A stretch of DNA of 61,319 nt, the filler included. It is 7 parts of 7 records of this genome, joined end to end, with 100 filler letters (N's around TTAATTAATTAA, not from the genome) between each part and the next. Parts side by side here need not be neighbours in the genome. Positions count along the whole stretch, not along the records: positions 21,909 to 27,143 come from SRR31147125_30915; positions 27,244 to 42,762 come from SRR31147125_30935; 5 more parts are not named here. The stretch is one strand, 5' to 3'. Every line of letters begins with the position of its first letter. Positions within the stretch are counted from its first letter, which is position 1. Below, in pieces: positions 22,482-32,579 of this stretch. A model generated the notes under the pieces. That model had not been told where the DNA came from. It was given only the letters and a program-made list of their open reading frames with translations, and searched no databases. Position numbers and translations under genes: made by a program.

Positions 22482-22913
22482 ATGAAAAAACTACTAACAA
22501 TTTTAACGTTTGTATTTATCGCAGGAATTTACACGGCATCAGCACAATGTTGTAATGCTAAAGTTGCTGCTAACTGCACGGTAACCGATTGTAGCGCAAA
22601 ACAAACTTCCGGCGATGTAAAAGCTTATTATTTCCACGCAACGCGCCGTTGTGCAACTTGCGAGGCAGTAGAAAAAGTAGCAAAGCAGACTATAGCCGAA
22701 AACTATGAAGGAAAGGTTGATTTTATTACAATTAACCGTGAAGAATCTGAAAACAAAGATTTGGTTAAGAAGTATAAAGTTAACGGACAAACCTTATTGC
22801 TGGTAAAAGGAGATAAAACAGTTAATTTAACCAGCCCTGCATTTATGTATGCGCGTAATAAACCCGAAAAGTTAGAGGCAAAACTGAAGTCTACCATCGA
22901 CTCAATGTTATAA
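22482..22913 (+). CDS. ArsF-family exported thioredoxin-fold protein
   Basis: Signal peptide, YYFHATRRCATCEAVE motif; between ArsE-like and ArsG-like genes. Confidence 0.85.
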   Translation: MKKLLTILTFVFIAGIYTASAQCCNAKVAANCTVTDCSAKQTSGDVKAYYFHATRRCATCEAVEKVAKQTIAENYEGKVDFITINREESENKDLVKKYKVNGQTLLLVKGDKTVNLTSPAFMYARNKPEKLEAKLKSTIDSML

Positions 22914-22930
22914 TGTAGCAACAGTACAAC

Positions 22931-22978
22931 TCTACTCCGCTCACTATAACTGTCAGGCTGAGCGTAGTCGAAGCCTGA
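22931..22978. repeat. Bacteroidota REP-like palindromic element
   Basis: TGTCAGGCTGAGCGTAGTCGAAGCCT with degenerate left arm TCTACTCCGCTCA. Confidence 0.55.
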
Positions 22979-22995
22979 GAATACAAAGGTAAATT

Positions 22996-23693
22996 ATGGA
23001 AGTATTACTTAATCTTTTTGAAAACTCGCAACTGCCCGTTTTATCGGCATTTTTGCTGGGACTTATGACAGCCATTAGTCCCTGCCCATTGGCAACCAAC
23101 ATTACGGCAATTGGCTTCATCAGCAAAGACATTAAAAGCAAACGCAAGGTTTTTGTAAGCGGTTTGGTTTACACCTTGGGGCGCGGAATTTCATACACAG
23201 CAATCGGCGTTTTGTTCTTTTTGGGAGCCAGTCAGTTTAATCTCGAAGGATTTTTCAAACCTGGGGAGAAAAAATATTAGGGCCACTTTTAATTATAATT
23301 GGGCTGTTTATGTTGGGCGTTTTAAAATTAAATATTCCCGGAATTGGCTCACTGACAGAGAAAATGGAGAACAAATCGAATAAAGGATTTTGGGGAGTGC
23401 TGTTATTGGGAATTGTATTTGCCCTGGCCTTTTGTCCCTACAGCGGAGTATTGTATTTCGGAATGTTAATCCCAATGACCATCAGCAGTGCCAGTGGTTT
23501 GTATTTGCCAATGATATTTGCCCTGGCAACAGGAATTCCGGTAATTATTTTTGCCTGGTTAATTGCCTTTAGCGTTGGCTCAATTGGTAGCTTTTACAAT
23601 AAAATGAAAGCCTTTGAAGTTTGGTTTCGAAGAGTTGTAGCTGTACTATTTATTGGCGTTGGGATTTATTATTGTGTGGTGCTGTTCTTATAA
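22996..23693 (+). CDS. ArsG-family (CcdA/DsbD-like) membrane protein (frameshift near 23255)
   Basis: AISPCPLATN and ALAFCPYSG motifs in ORFs 22996..23280 and 23310..23693. Confidence 0.88.
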
Positions 23694-23703
23694 TTCTCAG
23701 TGC

Positions 23704-23781
23704 TGTCATTTCGAAGGAGGTACGACTGAAAAATCTGTTTCATAGGAGAGAGATTTCTCCTCCCTTATCGTCGAAATGACA
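23704..23781. repeat. REP/MITE-like palindromic element
   Basis: Perfect 11-bp terminal inverted repeats TGTCATTTCGA...TCGAAATGACA with inner AAATCT/AGATTT. Confidence 0.7.
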
Positions 23782-23813
23782 TTGTAGTGAGACTCAATTT
23801 TTTTGAAAATAAT

Positions 23814-23831
23814 GTTCGTAGAACAACGAAC
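23814..23831. promoter_or_regulatory. Putative ArsR operator (copy 2)
   Basis: Perfect GTTCGT-N6-ACGAAC palindrome just upstream of the permease. Confidence 0.5.
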
Positions 23832-23849
23832 TGAAAGACAAAAACAGAA

Positions 23850-24935
23850 ATGAATACCTTTAAAATAACTATAGATAATCAGGAAGAAAAACAGGAAAGG
23901 AGAAGGCGTGTAGGATTGCTGGCATCAATAGCAGTGGTTTTACCGGCCTTGTTGGGGCTTTATCATTTCCTCCCGGGATTTGTTGATTACCTCACCTTCG
24001 ATTTATTTACCTTAAATCCTGAATCGCATTTAGGCGAAGCCATCAATTTTTTTATTTACGATACGGTAAAAATTCTTATTCTGCTTTTTTTGATTAGTAC
24101 ACTTATGGGAGTGGTAAACGCCTATTTCCCGGTTGAACGTTTGCGTGTTTATCTAACCACAAAAAAATTATTTGGGCTTGAATATTTCTTTGCCTCGTTT
24201 TTTGGCGCGGTAACACCGTTTTGCTCTTGCTCGTCAATTCCCTTGTTTATTGGCTTTGTGCAGGGCGGACTCCCGTTGGGAGTAACTTTCTCGTACCTTA
24301 TTACTTCGCCGCTGGTGAACGAGGTAGCAGTTGCTATGTTTCTTGGAATGTTTGGGGTAAAAGCAACATTGATTTACGCAGCAAGCGGAATCCTTCTGGG
24401 AATGATTGGCGGCTACATTCTTGGCAAGTTAAAACTAGATCGCTACCTCAGCGATTGGGTGCGCGAGATTCAGCAAAATTCAACCATGGAAAATGCAAAA
24501 TGGGAAGGCGAAAAAACACCATTTATCGACCGTTTGCCATCTATTATTAACGAAGGTTGGGGAATTGTTCGCAAAGTATTATTGTATGTAATTATTGGTA
24601 TTGCCATCGGAGCAGCCATGCACGGATATGTCCCCGAAGATTTCTTTACAGAGTACCTCTCAGCTGACAAATGGTATGCCGTACCGCTAGCTGTTTTGCT
24701 TGCTGTGCCTATGTATGCCAACGCTGCCGGAATTGTGCCTGTAATCCAGGTATTTGTGGCCAAAGGTGTACCGCTCGGAACCGCAATTGCTTTTATGATG
24801 GCTGTTGTTGGGCTCTCGCTGCCCGAAGCAACTTTGCTGAAAAAAGTAATGAAATGGAAACTTATCGGTATTTTCTTCGGAACAATTAGCCTGTTTATCA
24901 TCTTGCTAGGGTACCTTTTTAATTTTATGCTTTAA
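23850..24935 (+). CDS. arsP: ArsP/DUF318 family permease
   Basis: TPFCSCSSIP, SPLVNE, GLSLPE motifs; ars context. Confidence 0.85.
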   Translation: MNTFKITIDNQEEKQERRRRVGLLASIAVVLPALLGLYHFLPGFVDYLTFDLFTLNPESHLGEAINFFIYDTVKILILLFLISTLMGVVNAYFPVERLRVYLTTKKLFGLEYFFASFFGAVTPFCSCSSIPLFIGFVQGGLPLGVTFSYLITSPLVNEVAVAMFLGMFGVKATLIYAASGILLGMIGGYILGKLKLDRYLSDWVREIQQNSTMENAKWEGEKTPFIDRLPSIINEGWGIVRKVLLYVIIGIAIGAAMHGYVPEDFFTEYLSADKWYAVPLAVLLAVPMYANAAGIVPVIQVFVAKGVPLGTAIAFMMAVVGLSLPEATLLKKVMKWKLIGIFFGTISLFIILLGYLFNFML

Positions 24936-25015
24936 ATGGAATAAGAGCTTTTAACAGACAAAGAAGGACAATATAAAATTAATCAACTCGAAAATATAAA
25001 ACCGAAAAACCAAAA

Positions 25016-25850
25016 ATGGAAAGAAGAAAAGCATTAAAGATTGCAGCCGGAGCAATGGCAGCCGGAGGTGCCGGCCTTGTTGCAATGACCACTGCATTTA
25101 AGCCTGAAGTGAAGGCCGCAGAAAAACCTAAAAACTCAATATAAAGAAAGAGATTCAGATTGGAAATATGTTGCCTTAGACCCGGGAAAGACAGCTGAAA
25201 TTGCCTACACCGAATACCCCAATGGGAGTTGTATGTACGGCGTTTTTACTAGTGTAATTTCGCAATTGGCAGAAATTGTTGGCGAACCTTTTGCCTCTTT
25301 TCCAACTCACATGATGAAATACGGACACGGCGGTGTTAATGGTTACGGAACCATTTGTGGAGCCTTAAACGGAGCAGCCGCGGCAGTTGGATTACTGGTG
25401 GGCGACAAGAAAACTTGTGATGCCCTGATGACAGAATTATTTCAAGCCTACGAAACAACTGCTTTGCCTGAGTTTAAACCCGAAACTCCCGGATACGATT
25501 TCGACCCGCCAAAATCGGTTTCTAAATCGGTATTGTGTCATGCCTCAACAACTCGCTGGGGGAAAAAGGCCGGTTACACAATCAGCAGCAAAGAACGTAA
25601 AGAGCGCTGCCGCCGGTTAACTGCCGATGTTGCTTCGCAAGTAGTAACTATTTTGAATAATTATCATGCAAATGCTTTTATGGCTAATGCGCAAGATAAC
25701 GAAACAGCCCGGACATGTATGACTTGCCATGGCAGCGAAGGAAAGTTAGCAAACACCTCAGGAAAAATGACCTGTACCTCATGCCACGAGGAATCGTTAG
25801 CGCACAAAGTTTTTGCCGATTCGCATCATAAATTTATGAGTAAACGATGA
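25016..25850 (+). CDS. Tat-exported C-GCAxxG-C-C family / split-Soret cytochrome c-like protein (frameshift near 25135)
   Basis: MERRKALK Tat signal at 25016; GSCMYG, GTICGALNG, VLCH, ERC; heme motifs CMTCH and CTSCH. Confidence 0.85.
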
Positions 25851-25851
25851 A

Positions 25852-26634
25852 TTGATGAGCATCTGGATTTTAGCCCTCGTAATTTTTACGATTGCCGCCG
25901 TTATGACTATGACAGGCCGTGGTGGTGGTAATTTCTATGTATTGGCACTGGCATTATCGGGAATAGGCATGCACGAAGCCGCAACAACCGGGCAGTTTAT
26001 ATTGATTGTATCGTCGTTGGCAGCGGCTGTTTTGTTTAGCAAACAAAAAATTACCGACTGGAAACTGGTCTTTTTTATAGGAAGTTTGACACTGGTTTCT
26101 GCATTTTTGGGCGGGTTGTTTTCCGATGTATTTCAAGATAAATTGCTAAAAATAATTTTTGCCGTGTTTATTACTATTGCCTCGGTTATGATGCTGAAAC
26201 CGGTAAAAAAAGAGGTGACACCGGGTGGACGGTTTTCGTTCATACTAAAATCTGGCAGCGAAACTTATTCAATTAATTTATTGCTTGTGGTCCCGATTGT
26301 TCTAATCACCGGTTTTGTATCGGGAATGGTTGGAATTTCGGGCGGTTCGTTTTTAGTTCCACTAATGATTTTAGCAATTCGCGTGCCCATGCATATTGCC
26401 GTTGGAACATCAACAACATTGGTTTTGGTAACTGCATCTGCCGGATTTCTGGGGCACCTCAGTTCGGGCCATTTCGATTATAAACTAGCCCTTCCATTAG
26501 CTGTTGCCGGATTAATTGGTGGAATTCTTGGGGCAAAACTTACCTTGAAGTTCAAACCGAAAAAATTGAAAATTGTGTTTGCATTAACTTCTATTATTGC
26601 AGCTGTATTAATGATAATAAATGCGTATTTTTAA
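25852..26634 (+). CDS. TauE/SafE sulfite exporter family protein
   Basis: GRGGG, GMVGISGGSFLVP, AVGTS; 8-TM pattern. Confidence 0.9.
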   Translation: MMSIWILALVIFTIAAVMTMTGRGGGNFYVLALALSGIGMHEAATTGQFILIVSSLAAAVLFSKQKITDWKLVFFIGSLTLVSAFLGGLFSDVFQDKLLKIIFAVFITIASVMMLKPVKKEVTPGGRFSFILKSGSETYSINLLLVVPIVLITGFVSGMVGISGGSFLVPLMILAIRVPMHIAVGTSTTLVLVTASAGFLGHLSSGHFDYKLALPLAVAGLIGGILGAKLTLKFKPKKLKIVFALTSIIAAVLMIINAYF

Positions 26635-26642
26635 GGAAGAAA

Positions 26643-26715
26643 TCGCAAGGTGCAAAGGGCAAAGAGCACGGCGCAAAGAGAGAATCGCTTTGCTCTCTGT
26701 CCTCTGCGCTTGACT
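26643..26715. repeat. Inverted arrays of 7-nt repeats
   Basis: GTGCAAA/GGGCAAA/GAGCACG/GCGCAAA ... CTTTGCT/CTCTGTC/CTCTGCG. Confidence 0.65.
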
Positions 26716-26726
26716 AAATAACTACA

Positions 26727-27143
26727 ATGAAAACAAAAACCATAGGCTTTATCGGTGGCGGAAGAATTACCAAAATTTTTCTGCAGGCGTTTAAAAACAA
26801 AAAGGTTGTTTCTGAAAACGTGAAAGTATTCGATCCCAACAGCGAAACGCTGAGTGCACTAAAAGAATTATTTCCTGAAATTGAATTGGTAAAATCGGCA
26901 GAAGAGGCTGCAGGTCAGCAGTTGGTTGTTTTGGCGGTTCATCCACCTGCAATGGGGGAGACTCTGGCAAACATTAAAGGTGTTGTTTCGGAAGAAACGC
27001 TGGTACTTTCGTTGGCCCCAAAAGTTACCATCGAAAAAATTGCAACGGTTTTGGGAGCAACCAAAATTGTACGAATGATTCCAAACGCAACGTCGTACAT
27101 AAATAAAGGCTACAATCCGGTTTCTTTTCATCCCGAAGCAAAA
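26727..27143 (+). CDS. Pyrroline-5-carboxylate reductase-like NAD(P)-binding protein (truncated)
   Basis: IGFIGGG, LAVHP, SLAP, VRMIPN. Confidence 0.8.
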
Positions 27144-27243
27144 NNNNNNNNNNNNNNNNNNNNNNNNNNNNNNNNNNNNNNNNNNNNTTAATTAATTAAN
27201 NNNNNNNNNNNNNNNNNNNNNNNNNNNNNNNNNNNNNNNNNNN
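27144..27243. other. Artificial contig spacer
   Basis: N run with TTAATTAATTAA linker. Confidence 0.99.
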
Positions 27244-27287
27244 CCTTTCTTTTTCAATAGTTTGTGTTTTCCTAGGGTCATATGGTA

Positions 27288-29662
27288 CTATCTAAGATAA
27301 ATCAACTTTTTCGTACTGGTCGAATAAGCTGTCTGAACTTTGTAAAAATAAAGTCCGCTTGCCACCATGATACCATTATCATCCAAACCATCCCACTGCA
27401 TCCGATATTGGCCCAATTGGAGTGTTTTGTTAACCAGTAACCTTACTTTTTTCCATTGATATCATAGATGACAAGTGAGGTCAAAGACGGTTCCCGTAGC
27501 TTAAATTCAATGGTTGTTGCAGCGTTAAAGGGATTGGGATAATTTTGCGCCAGAACCAGGATGGGTGTTTCAGGTGGAGTAGCAGAAATATCCTGGCTCA
27601 CATCATAAATTCTATAATTCGTGTCATTAACGTTTATAATGACATTTCTATCAACAGCGAAATAGGGGGCTAATTCGTTATATTCTTTCAAAAGCTCAAA
27701 ATAGGGTTCACTGGCAAATTCCACATCGATCACATTGGCCTGTTCTTCTAATTGGGAATCAACCCAAAAACCTTCACGCAAATAGAATGTTTTATTACCC
27801 GCGTATCGCACCTGTCCGGATGTGACAAGTTGTGTGTTGTCCGCATTTCGATAACGGCCATTATTGACCGCATTATCAAATGCGATACCACCGGTTTCCT
27901 CGCTTAAATCCTGCCAGTTGTCCGCAAGCGGCGTGTCTTCGACGATCAGGAATGATGTATATGGTGTGATGATGCCATATTTTTTACTCAAAGCAATAAT
28001 TTCATCAATTACTTCCTGGTTTTCACCGTTCAATCTTATGATATCCAGCAGGTAGCCAATTTTGCGGGTAGCCCACAGGCGTGGCAGAAAATCGTTGCCC
28101 GGATTTTCAGCGGGAAATTCTGTATCCAGCTCGAAACTTTTTTGAACATCATTGACAACACCTGTTAAATTAATGGTGGTCGTGCCACTTGTTTTGTATC
28201 GACCCAAAACAAGTAATTGTGAACCTTTAAAGAGATCGGGAAATTCCTGCGGAAAAGAATCATAAACATGGATGCCACCATAATCAACAGCAATATTCGA
28301 CAGAACCGGCGTGTTAATTTTGTTGAAAAACGTGGACACAGCGACCTCTATGTTTTCTTCAGGTCGAACATATGTGGAAACTCCGTGGTTGTCCAGTGTA
28401 AGGTTATCAAGCAACGTTGAATTCACATCATATCCAACACCAAACGTAAACAATCGAGCACCAACTGTGTTTGCGGAATTGACATTTTGACGAATTTGTT
28501 GATTCTCGGTAACACCGACGGTTGGCTGTCCGTCAGTTAAAAAGATGATCATATTTGCCAGTTCGTCATGTGCCATCTGTTGCAGCGCCGTTAGCAGAGC
28601 TTCATTTATATTGGTTCCGCCATTTGCTATAAAACTGTCAATATAATTTAATGCTTCTCCAATATTCGTTTCATTGGCAGCAACAGGTTCAAATTTAAAT
28701 TGATTTATTGTACTACTGAAATCAACAATATTAAAAAAATCATTCGGATTCAGACTGTTAACGCAAAACCGAAGCGCTTCTTTAGCCTGATCTATTTTTT
28801 GACCGGACATACTCCCGGAGCGGTCCAGAACAAACAAAAGACGCTTTCTTACGATCTCTGTGTCACTAATCTCAATTTTCGGCGCTGCCATGAACATATA
28901 AAAGCCATCCTCATCAGGTGGATTATGGCTTAATAAATGTAATCCGATATCATCCGATGAAACGGTATAGTATAGAACGAAATCGATGTTCGGCTTGACG
29001 TGCTGTTCAGAGTAGGATATTGTCGCATGATAATCATCCTGCTTTTGAACGACAATGGGGTGTGAGGGAGAATAAATTGTTTTGATGGGATTCGATGATG
29101 TAAGATTTACATTTACTGAAACGTCTTCCAAAGGTCGGGCTGAAAATTTTTCCGTATTCAAAGGGTAAAGATAGCGGTAAATATCTGAATCATATTCGAT
29201 AACCTCTGTATACGACATTTTAATTCTTTTTTCTTCAAAAGCGTTAAACGGAAAAATCCGGGCACGAAACAATCCCTGACCTAAATATTCCAAAAGCGCG
29301 GGATCAATATTCTTTCGAACAATGCTTTCATAATACGCGGCAGCAGAATCGGCATCTAAAACTTCAGCAACCAGCTCCTGGTCATCCACAAACATGGAAA
29401 AATGAGAAAGCGCCACTCCTTTTGGTAACGGAAAGATATAAATCGCTTCAAAATTGTTGATATCACTATCGTTTATAAAGACCTGATCGATTTCTGTATG
29501 TGCGACCTGATTGTCAATATCAACATTGACATGATGGTATTTCACACTAATATTTACATGCGGAATTGGAACAATAAATCCATCTCCACGTGCAATCCAT
29601 GGGGAAAGAAATAAGGTGAACACCAAAACAACAATAATTAACCATGAAGTTTTTGTATTCAT
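27288..29662 (-). CDS. Secreted VIT + vWA protein with C-terminal FlgD-Ig/sorting domain (C-terminal frameshifts)
   Basis: Signal peptide; EAIYIFPLP and DPALLEY (VIT); DRSGS, GGTNI, FLTDG (MIDAS); QNYPNPFN then WDG...SGLYFY in a shifted frame. Confidence 0.9.
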
Positions 29663-29722
29663 TTTACACCTCCTTATTCAAAAAAATCCCCGTAAATATA
29701 TGGTTAAAACATCTCTTTAAAT

Positions 29723-32557
29723 TTATCTCAGCAATACCATACTATTAATATCCACAAATGTCCCGGCTGACAGTTTATAATAATATATTCCACTTCCAAC
29801 GTTATGGCCGGTTGAATCCGTTCCATCCCAAATCAGGCTGTGAGAACCAGCATCAAGCTGTCGTGCACTGAAATACCGTATTCTTTGTCCAAAAACATTG
29901 TAAATCTCCAGTTTCACTCGTTCCGCCTTTGGCAGGTCAAACCGGATCTCGGTCACCGGATTAAATGGATTCGGATGGTTTTGATACAAATAAAATGTGG
30001 AAGGTATATTCGTATTATCCTTTTCAACAGCAGTTGCTTTGTCCAGATAAACACTGGTTCGATAGTTCAGCGTATCACTGTAAAAGACATTCTGAATATC
30101 GCAATAATACAATCCCGATGACAGGCCGTGCGTATTAAAAGAAACCAGCCATGAATGATCCGCTGCACTTGAGATGTCAGTGACCTCAAAGGTGTTTCCC
30201 AAAGGAGTTGTAACCCAAACCTGCGGGGTACTGCCTAATCCTCCATGCTGAGAGATGTTTAACGAAACGTCATCCCCCACTGCCGGTGCTGAAGGTTCAG
30301 TCACAACAGACAAAGAAATGCTGTTTGGCTTTTGCCATCGATAGAAATCCGGATTCGAATTAACGTGTGTTTCACCCTCATATATAAAACTGTTTGTCCA
30401 GGCAGGTCTGCTTTTTGGAGAATCGCTTTTCAGCATATCCCGCCACTTTTCATCTGTAAGCCGATCATCCTTTGGCCACGTAAATTCATAATACGAAAAT
30501 CCAGCCCCTTTTGTGATGGTTGGCCGTCCCTCAATATTGCACAAAACATAGATATCATAAGGATAACCAACACCTTCCTCCAGAACAAGCCCGGAATTGG
30601 CATCCGTATGCACATCCGCAATAACGGGCATGGGTTCAAGACCACTATCCAAATTTCCACCCATGGGTCCCTCGCTGGGCCATGTTCTAAAAGTGACAAT
30701 ATCATATAATTTTTTACCAATTTCAAAAATCGTTAGATATTCATCACTTGAAAGAGCGCGATTGGTCAACTCTTTTTCAGAAATCAGCTTCAAATCCAGT
30801 AATAGGTCGGATAATGACACCAGTGCATTATTGAAATTATCAAATAAAAGTCCACGACTATCCAGCCCTTGTTTCATAAAATGACATAACGATGCGAGCC
30901 GGCCATATAAATGAGGATTTGGTTCCACATAACCCTGAACCGCCATAGCAGAGGGTGGTATGGATACTTCTGTTCCACTCTGTTTGGCATAAAGAATGGT
31001 ATCATGTCGTAATTCTGCCCAGGAAGCCAATGCCGCATAAAGATCCTTGTCAATCCAGGCACTATTTTGCATAAAAAATGGATAACCGTTGCCTTTCACA
31101 GCGAGCATGGGCATAAGAGAATAGAGCCAGTTCCAATAGGCATTCTGGGCCCATGTTTCATCAGGATAACTTTTGAATACACCTTTCAAACTGTCCAATT
31201 TGTTTATATAAAACGGATTATTCTTGTCGACCTCTGGTATATGCTCAAAAGCCCGATCACTTCCCAAAACGACCATCACATCCAGACCGGTTGGCATAAA
31301 TCTATCCGGGATCTTGTTAAACACCAGTTCATCCAAAACCCAGGAATCCGGGATAAATCGCTGCCCCATAAAACGAAAACCCTTGTCCGGTTGCCCCGGA
31401 TATGTTATAGCTGCACCTGGCAGAAGTTCTGTTTCTTGTAAGAAATTGGTCAAAAGTTCTTCATTGGCAAATATGGCCGGATCCAAATTCGAAAAATCTG
31501 TTCCATAGATGTTTTCCGCTATGGAAATATATTGATAAAAATTGATATCATCGCTTTTACCAACGAAAAAAACTGTGGCCTGATAGATATCATCCCACAC
31601 GTTCATAGCTGGTCGTCCATCCACCTGTAACCGATTCATAATTTGTACCAGCAAGAGGGCGCGTCTGGTCGCATCGCGAACCACTAGATCTTCTGTGTTC
31701 CCGCAAGCAAAGGTCATTCTTCCCAGCCACATCATGGAGCGAAAATAGTGTTTCAAAGAATCGCTGCGTGTGTAATGGCCGCGCGGGATGTATTGTGTAT
31801 AATCTTCTTTATATCCAAATATAGGCGAAGGATACGTAATCTTTGCATCGTAAATCAAATTCAGTTCTTCTAAATAGGCACCTCCGTTTATTGGCTCTAC
31901 ATATGTTGTATCCAAAAGTTTCTTTGCTACAATCAAATAATTCAGGTTGCTGGTGAGAGCGTTGCGGACAATCTCATTTTCCGTTGCTGTATACTGCAAT
32001 ATAGTCTCATCAAGTAAGCCATCTAAAAGAAAATTCAGTTGCTCAATAAATCGCTTTTCTTCGCATGTTCGGAGGATATAATCAAAACACAGATGGAATG
32101 TGTGTAACATGGCATCAGATGTCACAAAGATGGGTATCCCCTGTTCACGCGCTTCATTGTAAACATCAAACATCTCATTAGGGCCGGTAATGTCCGTTGT
32201 CGTGTTTGATCGTGTGGCAGGCGTGACAAAGAAATGTTGTTGCTTTAGCAGATCCAGGCCTGTTGTAGGGAACGAAAAGTGTTGTACATTAACCACGTTT
32301 TCCAGATTATCACCCGGATTCACCTGTTCAACACCCGGAATAATATCAACAGGAAAGGGCTGATAGGCACCAAAGTCGGTTTCTACAGGCTCTTCTATGG
32401 TTGCTATCATGGTTTGGCTCTGACATGGGACCAGATAAAGGAATAAACATACAAAAATGATTACATTTTTCATGGCAAAAACTCCCCTGATAATAATTTT
32501 TAATATTAAAAATTTAATAATCGAAATGAGCCTATAAATTCCTATCCTGGAAATCAA
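29723..32557 (-). CDS. Secreted DUF3160 protein with C-terminal FlgD-Ig/sorting domain (probable start MKNVII near 32473)
   Basis: EDYTQYIPRGHYT, YFRSMMWLGR, FRFMGQRF, SWAELRHDTILYAKQ, IADVHT, FSYYEF, RLTDEKW; QNHPNPFN...WDG. Confidence 0.88.
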   Translation of the reverse strand: MISRIGIYRLISIIKFLILKIIIRGVFAMKNVIIFVCLFLYLVPCQSQTMIATIEEPVETDFGAYQPFPVDIIPGVEQVNPGDNLENVVNVQHFSFPTTGLDLLKQQHFFVTPATRSNTTTDITGPNEMFDVYNEAREQGIPIFVTSDAMLHTFHLCFDYILRTCEEKRFIEQLNFLLDGLLDETILQYTATENEIVRNALTSNLNYLIVAKKLLDTTYVEPINGGAYLEELNLIYDAKITYPSPIFGYKEDYTQYIPRGHYTRSDSLKHYFRSMMWLGRMTFACGNTEDLVVRDATRRALLLVQIMNRLQVDGRPAMNVWDDIYQATVFFVGKSDDINFYQYISIAENIYGTDFSNLDPAIFANEELLTNFLQETELLPGAAITYPGQPDKGFRFMGQRFIPDSWVLDELVFNKIPDRFMPTGLDVMVVLGSDRAFEHIPEVDKNNPFYINKLDSLKGVFKSYPDETWAQNAYWNWLYSLMPMLAVKGNGYPFFMQNSAWIDKDLYAALASWAELRHDTILYAKQSGTEVSIPPSAMAVQGYVEPNPHLYGRLASLCHFMKQGLDSRGLLFDNFNNALVSLSDLLLDLKLISEKELTNRALSSDEYLTIFEIGKKLYDIVTFRTWPSEGPMGGNLDSGLEPMPVIADVHTDANSGLVLEEGVGYPYDIYVLCNIEGRPTITKGAGFSYYEFTWPKDDRLTDEKWRDMLKSDSPKSRPAWTNSFIYEGETHVNSNPDFYRWQKPNSISLSVVTEPSAPAVGDDVSLNISQHGGLGSTPQVWVTTPLGNTFEVTDISSAADHSWLVSFNTHGLSSGLYYCDIQNVFYSDTLNYRTSVYLDKATAVEKDNTNIPSTFYLYQNHPNPFNPVTEIRFDLPKAERVKLEIYNVFGQRIRYFSARQLDAGSHSLIWDGTDSTGHNVGSGIYYYKLSAGTFVDINSMVLLR

Positions 32558-32579
32558 TTTTATTTTTAAAAAAGTGAAA

